A DNA stretch of 64,000 nucleotides, taken from NCBI GenBank assembly GCA_047495785.1, contig JBLDXI010000045.1:744001-808000 (forward strand), given 5' to 3'. A program made the translations under genes and the position numbers. Under the pieces are notes generated by a model. That model saw only the letters and a program-made list of their open reading frames with translations. It was not told where the DNA came from and did not search any database. Positions 26,141-38,000 of the stretch are shown here, in pieces (position 1 is the stretch's first letter; every line of letters starts with the position of its first letter). Source of the DNA: Lepidodermella squamata. Its lineage: Eukaryota > Animalia > Gastrotricha.

Positions 26141-27385
26141 GGGCTGCCGTATAGTGTGATCGTGGTCAATTTGGATTGCTTTTGCTAGTGCTAGTGGTAT
26201 CCTAACCTCGAGTGCTTCCGACATGGTGATTGAACATTTACCTAGGAACAGACCGGGCTTTTCGAAGTATAAAACCAAAAACCAAGGCAACGTACAATCT
26301 GAGCGGGAGTGAGCACTGAGAGCCGTTGGATGTGGCCAAAGAATCCATTGCCTCTTCATCGTAAAAATTTCGATTTGAGGTTTCTGGTTCCTGAGTTGTT
26401 CGGTCAAAAAAACCTAGGACTTCAAACAGCTGAGACACAAAAAACTAGAACCGGCCTGGAAAATCCCAAAAACTAAAATAAAAGACTGGAAAATAATAAC
26501 CAACATGAAAAGTTAGGATAATTAATTTTCGAAATTCTTTTTAAAATTAAACTTGAAATTCACAAAGATCCACAAAATGGGGTAATGCGATTTTTTTTTC
26601 GTTATATCTTCTTCATCGCGATCCATTTTAGTTGGCTTAGATGGCCCGTTTTCCCGCAAGCAGGAAGGCGCTACCGAGGCCCGAATGCAGTCAGGCGCTC
26701 TCAATACTAAAACAAATTCAATGTGCCAACATATCTTTGTTTGGCAGTGTCGGAGGTGTGAAATTTTGCACTGGCGACATTGGAGACTCCGGTTAACTCG
26801 TATCAATCTTGAAGCGTACTTATTCCCTGATTCAATGCAATCGGTGAATTATGGTTTATTTGGATGGAAGACCGCTATATCAGCGAATCCGACGTGAAAA
26901 TTCGTACACACAGTGAGGTATGCGAATACCGGAAGTGATAGTCCACCTCCAATCACCTCTTACCTCCGCTACTGCCATTTTGAACGGATGTCTATCTCCC
27001 ATCTCCTTCTAATCTCCTTAGCACGGCATCGACACTTCATTTAATTCTATAAGACACCGATTCTATTGCCATATAGTAGACAGAACATCGCTGTATTTCT
27101 TAACACTTAGACTGTTGAACTGCTCGCTTGGCTTTATTTAGAACGCAGGTTGCTTTCACAGGAAACATTCTGGAAACTGAGATGTGTGGAAGTTATGGGG
27201 AATGGGGAATAGGTTGAATTAAAACAGGACGCATTTCTTGGTTTAAATACCTACTACCTACTTGTTACTCGTTAGTAGGCTTAACTTTGGGGGTGCGTAT
27301 ACCATAACTGTGCTTATGATGTGTTATCATTAACGTCGGATAATTTTTGCTGTAAACAAATTGAATTTACTCTTCTTGTTATAGG

Positions 27386-29188
27386 ATGTCTTTATTATCC
27401 AGAGTATTGCCGGCTCCTATTCACGAGAAGAAGTCGGCGCCTCCCCCGCCGCCTGTCGAGAAACCTACTTCTTCAGCTTTGATCTCGCGGTTGACGGCGC
27501 CACCTTACGGTTCCCGAGAGGGATGGATTCCCCGCAAGCAAGAGGTTTGTTACGATTTTAAATTTGCCGACCCTTTTAAATCTGTCCTACTTTGCAGGAT
27601 TATGGTGACGGAGGAGCCTACCCAGAATGCCATGTTGCCCAGTTTCCATTGGGCATGGGGCAAGTTGCGAGTACTTCCAACGCTTTGCAGGTTCAACTCG
27701 ATGCTGAAGGAAACATAAAATATGACGCTCTTCTGCGCCAAGGGAAAAGCAAAGACGTTGTCGTGTATTCAAAATTCAGTGATCTTCTACCAAAAAATTT
27801 GGAGGATGAGGATGGTTTGGAGAAACCAGGTGAAGAGGATATCCAGGAAGCTACAGAAAAGACTCGAGCCGCTCTAGAGGAGCTGGTGCATTCTAAAATT
27901 GCTGCATCTATGCCTGTAAAAGTGGCTGAAAAGACTGCTCCTGCGCAATACGTGCGCTACACCCCCTCTCAGCAATCTGTGGCGTTTAATAGTGGAGCAA
28001 AGCAACGGATCATTCGAATGGTGGAAGTTCAGAGAGATCCTATGTCTCCACCTCGTTTCAAAATCAATAAGAAATTGCCTCGAGGACCACCCTCCCCTCC
28101 TGCGCCTGTGATGCACTCTCCTCCTCGAAAAGTTACCCAGAAGGAGCAACAAGATTGGAAAATCCCGCCGTGTATCTCGAATTGGAAAAACGCTAGAGGT
28201 TACACCATTCCTCTCGACAAGCGTCTAGCTGCTGATGGTCGCGGTTCACAACAGCCTGGAATTAACGAAAACTTCGCCAAAGTCGCCAACGCTTTGGAAA
28301 TCGCGAGTCGAATGGCGCGAGAAGGTGTTGAAGCTCGCGCCAATGTCGAAAAGAAAATGGCTCAAAAGGTGAAAGAAAAGAAGGAGCAGGAGCTCAGGCT
28401 GCTGGCTCAAAAAGCGCGTGACGAACGTGCAGGCATCAGAGCCGTTGCATCCGCAGTTGGCGATGAAGATGACGAAGCCAGGGCTCGCGACCAGTTGCGC
28501 AAAGAGCGCGAGAAAGAACGCCAACGCGACCGTAATATTGCTCGAGCTGCACCTGATAAGCGGTTCGTTCCTATTTTCTGCTTCGTTTAAGTTATTGCTT
28601 TATTTTTTCTCTTTTAGGAACATGCTGGAACGCGAACGAGATCGTGATATTAGTGAAATGATTGCCCTGGGCGTTCCCAATCCGGGTCAACAGAAGTCTT
28701 TCGAATCAGAATTTGACCAGAGGTTGTTCAATAAGACCCGTGGCATGGACGCTGGTTTTGGTGATGAAGATGGCTACAACGTCTACGACAAGGCCTGGCG
28801 TGACGAAAAGGAGTTCAGCTCCAATATTTACCGTCCATCCAAAGGCAATGATAACGATATATACGGTGAAGAGCTCGAGAAACTCGTCAGCGCCGGTACT
28901 ACCTCGCGTTTCATGCCTGAAAAAGGTTTCAGTGGCGCCTCGGGCGAAAAGGGAGACTCTCGACGCCGCGAGGGTCCCGTTCAATTCGAACGCCAGGACA
29001 ATGACGATCCTTTCGGCCTCAATAAGTTCTTGCAAGAGGCCAAAACCGGTGGTACTGATAATCGCCAATCGTCATCTGGCGGCGAGAAGCGAGACCGTGA
29101 TCGATCCGACGACCGTGGTCGGGGTGCTGCTCCAAGCAGTTCTCGCGGCGACGACAGCCGTAGCAGCAAGAAGTCGCGCCGAGACTGA
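27386..29188 (+). CDS. SNW1: SNW domain-containing protein 1 (SKIP/Prp45)
   Basis: Exons 27386-27544, 27598-28562, 28618-29188. Motifs DYGDGGAYPECHVAQFP, PRGPPSPPAPVMHSPPRK, WKIPPCISNWKN and REGPVQFE. Confidence 0.97.
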
Positions 29189-29957
29189 AAATCCGGATGT
29201 TCTTTTCTTTTTATCACTCATAGTGTAATATGTTTAACCATTATCAGCGGGACACTTTTTGTTGTTTACAAGTTCATGAGAAAAAAATAAAACGATGAAA
29301 TGGACTTTCTAGCTTTATTGTTTTTCCAAACTTTATATAATTTGACGTTAACTGGAGTCTTCAACCGCGCGATAAAGGAAACAATTGAGATTGATAGGCT
29401 CAACAAATAATTATAGCAATCTTTGGCTGGGCTAAAGCACAAAACCCGCGGACGGCAAAAAAAAAACGATTTTTCAACCTTCTCTGCAAAAATAAACGCA
29501 GACGAAGCAACTCGATAAGACAACCACAAACGGCATTATTGTTTGGAGTTTAGCGAAGTTCGAAAATGCGACACATCAAAATAAATAGTAAAAGGAATAG
29601 TAAACATCTTACATCGCAGCACCGCGTGAGCAAATGGGAAGGATACATCCATATATTATCATTATCAATTACGTAGTTTCCAATGGCAATTACAGTATTT
29701 CGAAATAAAAACACGGCAATAAATAATAAGTTTCCAAGAATCAAACTAAACTTTAAGCTAACCGGGCGCTATGAAACGATTTGTTTGGCGCTAGTTTTTG
29801 TAAAACAATGCAAGACAGTATGGCAAATCGGCCAGCTAGGCACTATTTAAAAAGGAGATGACAAGAGAAAGATTCAATGACTTCCTTGTTCAGCTTCCAA
29901 AGCGCAAGAAAAAAACACTTCAACGTTAACTACCAAAAACAACACGTTTTTGATTAA

Positions 29958-31638
29958 TCAATGGTGGATAGCATGAGGTGGTGAAGGTAGCGAGGTTTGG
30001 GCATGACCGTTTTTCGCACCATTTGTGGGCGATGGGAACATGATGCGTTTCCCGACAACTTCAACGTGAAACCCAAGGTTGATCAGGGCCTCGTGATCAA
30101 GAATGAGTCGTCCGTCGAAAACAAACGCTGGTTTGGCCATTTGTCCGTAAATTTTGGCGTAGTCTAGCTTTTTGAATAAATCCCATTCGGTGCAGATCAA
30201 AATTGCGTGGGCGCCGACTGCCGCTTCGTACGGGTCGCTAGCAATGTGAACATTCGCGCGAACGTGGTCAGGCCGGTCGCAGTGGTACGGGTTAGCGAGG
30301 TCGTCCATGATTTGAGCTTCGCGAGTCAGGGGGTCGTAAATTGTTAGAATAGCGCCTTCGTCCAAAAGCTGACGAGCGACGTAAATGCTGCTGGATTCAC
30401 GCGTGTCTGCCGTGTCTTTTTTGAACGCAAAACCGAACAATGCCAGTCGTTTGCCACTGACGCTACCAAATAGTCGATCAACGACTCGGTTAGCAAATCG
30501 GCGGCGTTGGTAATCATTCATCTGAAAAATGGTCAGTAGTGAAACAAAATAGTTCTTAAATCTGATATAAACCAACCTCGACAACTTGGAGCCAATAATT
30601 AGCAACTTCAGGCAGATTCAGGGATTCAGCAATATATACCAAGCTGAGCAGATCTTTTTGGAAACAACTGCCACCGAAACCAACGCTGGCCTGTAAGAAC
30701 TTCGACCCGATTCGCGAGTCAGTTCCAACGGCATACGAAACCTGCTTCACGTCAGCACCCGTAGCCTCGCAAAGTGCCGATATAGCGTTGATACTGGAGA
30801 TTCGTTGTGCTAGGAATGCATTAGCGGCAAGTTTAGAAAGCTCGCTAGACCACGTTGACATGGTGATGATTCTATCAGATGGCACCCACTTCTCGTAAAT
30901 GTACTTCCGCAATGAAGCAACAGCACTGCGTCCAGCAGGTGTTTCATCGCCCCCGATTAGCACACGGTCGGGTACAATTAAATCACGAACAGCAGTGCCT
31001 TCAGCCAAAAATTCTGGGTTTGACAACACTTGGAAACTAACTCCGTTGCTTTTAATCGAGTAAGTCCCATTCACAGGGCCGTCGTGATGTCCATTTCCGT
31101 TGCCATTCAGCGAAACGGCATTAGTGCGAAGGATGTAAGCGATACTTTCCGCCGCCTTGACTGGCACCGTGCTTTTCTCAACCACAATCTTAGAAATGCG
31201 GCCATTTTCGTCGGAAACTACCGATGAAGCTATCATGCGAGCAGCTTCTTCGACAAAACGCAGATCAGGAGCGCGACCCTTTCCGCGGCCATGCATTTTC
31301 GTCGGTGTATTGACGCAAATGAAGATCAACTCGGCCTCTCGAATCGCCTTTTGAATTTCGGTAGAAAAGAACAGGTTTTTGTTACGGTATTCAGCAACGA
31401 TTTCAGCAAGGCCGGGTTCGAAAATCGGAAGTTTAGAGCAGTCCGGGCTGTTCCATTGTGCGATTCTTTCGGCTGAAGCGTCGACGACAGTCACGGTAAC
31501 ATCAGGGCACTTCGAGGCGATTACAGCGCAAGTGGGGCCGCCAACATAACCAGCTCCAATGCAGCAGATATGGCGTATAGGAGTTATTTCGCTCAGCGGA
31601 ACCTGACTAGTTTGCAGAAAATCGCCACCACTTGCCAT
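29958..31638 (-). CDS. UGDH: UDP-glucose 6-dehydrogenase
   Basis: GAGYVGGP Rossmann motif, [16 protein letters not shown], catalytic [10 protein letters not shown] and FKKDT.DTRES. One 55-nt intron at 30522-30576. Confidence 0.97.
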
Positions 31639-32395
31639 CTTTTATCATAAAATCAACCTACGAAAAATGAACAGAATTCCCATCATCAATGGTTTACTTA
31701 TTTTCAATTGCGAAAATGTAAAAGTATAGTAATAATATTACTGGTTTCAAGATGTCATCATCTTCATCATCGTGATATTATTATCTCAATATTAATATAT
31801 ATTTATATAGAACAGACTGGCGTTGTCAAGATAAAAACGAAGATGACATTGCCGACTTCTCAATGTCATTTTTCACCGTTTCTGCAGAGCAATGATACGA
31901 AGAACAAAAACAAATCGACTACGTAAATCGTACGAATAGCAGTTGTAGAACAACAGGCACACATGTTCATGGCAGCCTCTGTTGATTCATTGCAAAGAAA
32001 AACGGACCGTCGCGCAACATCGGCAGTTTAAAAATGGATGTATTTGGTGCATCTAATCAAAAATAGTTAGCTGAACTCGACGTCACGATTAAGGAAGTAA
32101 AGAATAATTGAGAGATTATGATACCGCGACAACAAACCAAGCATCCGACAAGAATTAAGACGAATAGGAAGATAGGATATTAGGATGAAATATACATATT
32201 TCGAAGATTTGAATCAATATTACACTAGCGCTGTATTCTATCTGAGGTGTAAAAAATGAAGTGACAACTCATGATGACATTCTGCGCCGCAGTAATAATA
32301 CAAACCAAGGAGAGAAATTTGTAATTTGAAAGACCGCATGTGCCGCTTCATTTCCTTTGCCAACAGCAAAACAATTATTTACTAGATATACGGGG

Positions 32396-33904
32396 CTATG
32401 AATTCGAAGAATCGATTCGCTTTAGAAGCCATCGACCTGTTTGAAGCGCCGAAATGGGTATTTTACTCTGTTGAGCAGTATCAAGATTTCGTAGCACGAT
32501 CTCGCCCCCGGCAATTTTCCATAATTGAGAATGTTCCACTGACTTGGAATTTGGACGAGTGACAGCTGAAAATTAGGTTAAAGATAATTCAATAAATTCA
32601 AATTATCGATTTGAACTTGCCTATATCGTCCCCGATACTGAAGCACTGAGAGTCGTAAAAAAGCTTGCCATCAGAAGACACGCGGACTTTTTTCGAGGAA
32701 GAATGAGAGATGCTTTGGTTCACGCCATGTCCATTGACTACAGGAGCACCGTGTTTTTGATCTGACTGCCGCAGGGCATGAGCTATCTCCACCCAGTCAT
32801 CCATGATATCTTGGTCACGAAGCAAATAGACTATGTATGGTCCTGAGACAACAGTTGGTTTTTTCAATCCGGCGGAATGCGAACTGTCGTCTTTAGCAGT
32901 AATTGTCTGCCGCAACCGATGCCGCATAGGCGATGATGCATTAATCAACTCTTCCGCTTGAGGCGACTTGGCACGGCGCTTCACCTGTTTAACAACGGTA
33001 ACTGTCTTCAGCTCAGCAACCTTGTCGCTTGCTGTTTTAGCTCGTTTAAGAAGTCCGCTGATTTTCTTGCCCTCCATTAACGTCTGAGCTTCTATTGTTG
33101 CACGGACTAAGTCACCGATCGTGGGATCGCACAGTTTTGCTCGTTTAGCTTTCAGCACGTCCCGCTCTGATTGAATACTGGCGATTTTGGCATTCAACTC
33201 ATCTCGCATAGAACACAACAACATATCCCTCTCCTCCTAAGAAAATGAAATACAAATGATAATAAATGCATTTGTGATAACCAGCTCTACTCACTGCAAG
33301 AGTCAAGTCCACCACCGTTTTATCACACTCAAGGTTCCATTTGAGATTATGAAGATGCAGCTCCCTCCATACTTCGACATTTTCTATTTGATTACTCATC
33401 TCTTTATCGTACCTTTCAAATGCTTGAACATATTCAGGTAAGCGATCTTCATTCAAAGCCAGTAAATTGTCATCGAGAGCCCCAAGTTTCTCGGTCATTA
33501 AACTGTTAAAAGGAAAAGTAATTCATAGCAAAAACAGAGAATAAAACTTACATATCTCTCGCAGACGCAAAGTGCTGCTCCAATTCAAACATATCATCGG
33601 CATATTCATGCCTTTTTACTTCGGCTTCGTGCTCGTCAAAGTCTGCCAAATTGATTCGCTCATCCTCATCATCAGATGGTGCATTGCTACCAGAATCGCT
33701 GGATGCCGACGAATGGCAAGGGGAATATGGAAATCTTAGGCCGACTGCTTGATACCGATCATCGGCCATTGCGAGACCATCAGGTGTCATGTCACCTGTG
33801 TATCTGACGTCGACCATGCGACCTTCATCGAAAGGCGTGGCGGCAGTGAAGTCAGAGTTTGGTGTGTCGCCGGGATATCTTTTGCGTTTCGCTTGAATAC
33901 TCAT
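32396..33904 (-). CDS. BRMS1/BRMS1L-like Sin3-HDAC subunit (Sds3 family), 4 exons, last intron GC-AG
   Basis: Coiled-coil exons, VVSGPYIVYLLRDQDIMDDW (BRMS1-type), DGKLFYDSQCF and terminal KIPISALQTGRWLLKR. Confidence 0.85.
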
Positions 33905-35006
33905 AACTCAACAATTCTGATCAATACAGAAAACAAGCCAGGCGAATAAAACTTCAATCAAGAATGTTTTTATCAAGCACTTAAGCACAGGGAAAAGTCA
34001 GATATTCGCAATAAGTGCTCGACAGCAATAAGTTCTTCTCGCTAACAGAGGAGATTTCATTGAATGAATTAATTTACTATTTCAGAAGAACGGTTGAAAA
34101 CGCCAGCTTCAGCCATACCATTTACTACACAACTTTCACTAACCTTTTGCTACACATATTGCACTGGATACTGAACTAGAAAGTAAAGGCTTTGTCCTGT
34201 AGCGCTGAGGTCGCTGGCAGTTGTGTGTGGTTTTACTTGAAAAGAAAAATAACCTGGAATAGTAGCCCTCTGTCTCTTCTAAATAATTTGATTATTTTTT
34301 GCCCTCATAAATTTAAAATTAAAATAATTTTTTATTCCAAAGTAGTTTATATTATTTTTATTATACGTGACAATTTTCTATGAGGCGGGGAATTCAATTC
34401 GAAAACGCGACCCACCGACTGGATTTAGGTTATGCCTCTAGCTGGATTATAGTTCTGAATTCTGAAGGTACTCAAATTATGCAATTAATAATTCAGCCTA
34501 TATGGTAGCTGGCTAGTAACAATGGGTAATTGGCGCTCGGTGCTGAATATTAGTCCATACGGTTTATTGTTTACATTTTTTGTGGTCACATACGCTGTCA
34601 ACTGATCGGAAGTAAGTTATCGTCGTGCCAAGTAGTTCTCCTTTGAAAGATGTTATTGGTGTCGAAGTTGATCTTTTATCCATTAAAGCTAGCCCGAAAT
34701 TGATAATATTAATTGCTTGCTGAAAATTCTACAGCCGTCAAGCTATGGCTTGTTCCAGAAGCCAGAAGCCCGAGTGTTGTTTGAGTTTGCATGTCTTCTT
34801 GTGTGACCTGATTGATTCAAAGTTTGATAATCAGATTTTCCCTTCGACTTACTTCTTCAAGATGAAGTATGTTCGTTAGTTTTCTTTCGAGAAGGGAATT
34901 CGATTTACATAACTGTTTCCTTTATCACTTGATATTTGAACTTTGGTAGTTTTAGTTGTTTAGGTTTATCGGGGTTCATTACACCCTCCACAGTTAATTG
35001 AACTAG

Positions 35007-38000
35007 ATGAGCGCGGCCGCCTCCGATCCAGCGGATTTCCTAAGACTGAGCAGTGGTAGGCGCGATTTTTAGTTGAATAATTTTTCACCATCGTATTTTA
35101 TTACAAGGACCGCTTAACGGCAAGTCAAATGACTTCATTAACAATGACGGCCTGGATATCGATTATGTAGGCGAATTATTGCTTGTTAATAATTGGTTTG
35201 TTCATATAATATTGATTGATGCTTTTAGGATGATGAAGACGATGGTCCTCCGGCCTTGCAAATGAGCAATGAGGAACTCGTGGCGCTGCAATCTCGTTTT
35301 CGGTTAGAATGCGATAATGGTTCCGATTCGGGTAATTCTTTTTCAGAGGCTCAACTGTATTACTTTAACCATCATGCTATTTGTAGATGACAGCGACGAA
35401 GAAGTCGAAGTTCCTGCGGTTAGTAAGCCCACAATTTCCGTCAATGGTCTTCCGGCTGATAGCCGGCTAACATCCGTGAAGTCCATCACGCCTTCCAGTT
35501 GCACTTCGGCGAACAATCGACCATACGATGGTTAACAATATAAATTTCATTATTTGCTTCAACTTAATATCTTTCGAAAACTAGATTCCTCATGTTTCCC
35601 AACTGACTCGATGATCCTTGAAAATAAGACCATTTACGAGAATATGGTAAATTTATACCTGCACGCAACACATTTTATTTCAAAATTTGTTATTTTGCTA
35701 GCTTCATGATGACCCTGCAAACGAGACCAGCGTTGACAAATGGCAAGCTGTAAATCGACCAAAATATATCTCTCGCCCGGATGGATGGAATTTTGCCAGG
35801 TCAAATGATTTAGTGCAAATGACTCCCGAAGAGTATTTGGCTCTCCGGTCTGAACCAATCGGCTCATTAGGTGGAAACAACAATCTGGTATTGAATTTTC
35901 ATTGAATTTGTTGAAAAATGAATGCGTTGCTTCTTTAGACTGCTTTCGAAATGGCTGGCTTGTTGCCGTCCAACTCTCCAGCTTCTTCGACTTCACCAAC
36001 TGAATGCAACGATAAGAAGCCATCGCCTATACCTCCTCAACCGCCTAAAAGTACCGCCGATGTTAAACCAGTCACAGAGGCGCCGGATGTGAGTGTAAAT
36101 ATCGAATATCTGCTTCAACCAAGCCAGCCTGTCGGTGATACAACAATGGATCAAACCAGAGTGGATCAAGCTTCCCCGACGCCTCAAGTATCGGCTGCCC
36201 AACAATCAACGAAGGTAGCAGATTCAAATAGCAAAGATGACACTCGCTTATCGTCAAACAGAGTAATGGCTACCATGGACTGTTTTTCTAGTTTTTTATT
36301 CTTTTCTTTCTTTAGCTTCCCGACAGCGGTCGTGATACCGATCGGCAAAGCCCCACCGCTTCTGAAACAGCTAGCTACCGCTCTAATCATTCGAGTAGCA
36401 GTGTTAGTTTCAGTTTCAATAACGGCAGTGCGATTGCTGACGCCACTGACCCTGACTTGGCGGCAGTCGACGCCATGCTTGAAATGTATGATGCGGATGT
36501 CGATCCCGATGAGTTGGCCGAACACATCATGATGCGATTCGGGGTGAACCCGCAACGACCCGCCAGTACGAGCGCTCTGTTTCGCGATCAAGACGAATCA
36601 CTATTACGTCCGCCTAACCGAGGCGGCGCTTTGTCACTTGCCAGTGTTGTTTCTAGCACTCCGAAGGCCGCGCCCAACCAGAAGAACGGCTCGCGACCCG
36701 GCTCAGCGCAATCATCGGCCTCGCGCAAAGTTGACACGACCACCTCATCTCAAGTAACCCTCGTAAGTTTACCGCAAGTTTGTCACGCGCAATCACGTGT
36801 CATTCACCTGCGCTCTTTTAGGAAAACGTGTCTGCCGGCCGGGCGAGTAATGAATCGCATAACAATGGTGGCGAAAATCGGATTAGCGCGCCCTCACCGC
36901 GCAGTTCGAACTCAACTGTGACAAGCGGCGGCGGCGGCGGCTTTGTGAAACCGGCTAGACCAAGTGGTGGCAATGAAAACATCGAAAAGAATATCCAAGC
37001 TAAAAATAGCAACAAAGCATCCCCAAATCCGTTGACGCAGTCAAACTTGTCGCTTATTTCGTCGTTCGATGCATCCAGCGTATCTGAATATGGACCACTA
37101 CTCACGCCAATGGCTGATAAAGGGCCTTTCATCCGACTGGAATGGGATAAACTTGCAATTGACATGAAAGAGCCGGTTTATGTCGGTCAGACGCAAGATT
37201 TGACGCTAACTGCAAAAAATACGGGCAGGTTATGGGTTCAATTAAGCGCGACATTGCAAAACCCGAAAATTGACGGAAATCAAACAGGTGGACCACGAGG
37301 TCTTCACGTTTTGAATTCAACTGTTGTTGTAGAGCCGAATGCGAGCGGCACTTATCGGCTTCGTTTCTCGCCGGGAGATCCCGGATTTTACTCGGCAAAT
37401 ATCGACATTTTTGCTTGTGTTGTTGGGTCAGTTGTTGAAGACTCGCGAACGCTACCGCCAATTCCGTTCTCAGCCGATGTCCGCTTACCCGCTGTCGACT
37501 TTTTCATACCAGGCCAACAGATATGTGATTTTGGCGCCTTACCTGCCGGGGCTAGTAAGCGCATGGTTTGTTCATTACGCTTCCAACCCCCGTCTTCAGT
37601 GACCCCGGCTTCGTCCAGTTTCAACATTGACGTCCCGATAGTAGTAACGATTCGACCTGAATCAGCGTGGCGTTGTTTCCATTTTCTGCCAACTACGGGC
37701 TCGAATACCGAGGCTTTGGCCAAAAGTAAATCGATTACTAACGCTCCAGCTCCTTTATACGGCGCAGGTCATGCCACGAAGCTGTACCTATCTCCGATTC
37801 ACCAACAACACGATTTCGTGGTGTGTTTCACCGCTCGTTATGACATCGAGCTATCGCCGAACCAGCAAGGCCTTGATATAAACGAGGCTGAATTAGTCGC
37901 CCAAACTGATTCGACGCCGCCTCGGCAATTGTCGGTTGTACCGCTGAGGGCAGGGGTTGGAATTGTTTCGATCAAGGCGGTTGGCCTTGACCAAAACAGC

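Noticed and set aside
14669-31638. Phosphorylase and UGDH as a carbohydrate-metabolism cluster
   Set aside because: Separated by unrelated splicing genes, with no evidence beyond proximity.
11220-35010. AG acceptors just upstream of many start codons (ankyrin 11243, SART1, SNW1, UGDH, BRMS1-like, CEP192) as proof of SL trans-splicing
   Set aside because: Plausible cis donors lie upstream (40-nt 5'-UTR introns for SART1 and UGDH, AG|GTTAGT near 34143 for BRMS1-like), so ordinary UTR introns are sufficient.
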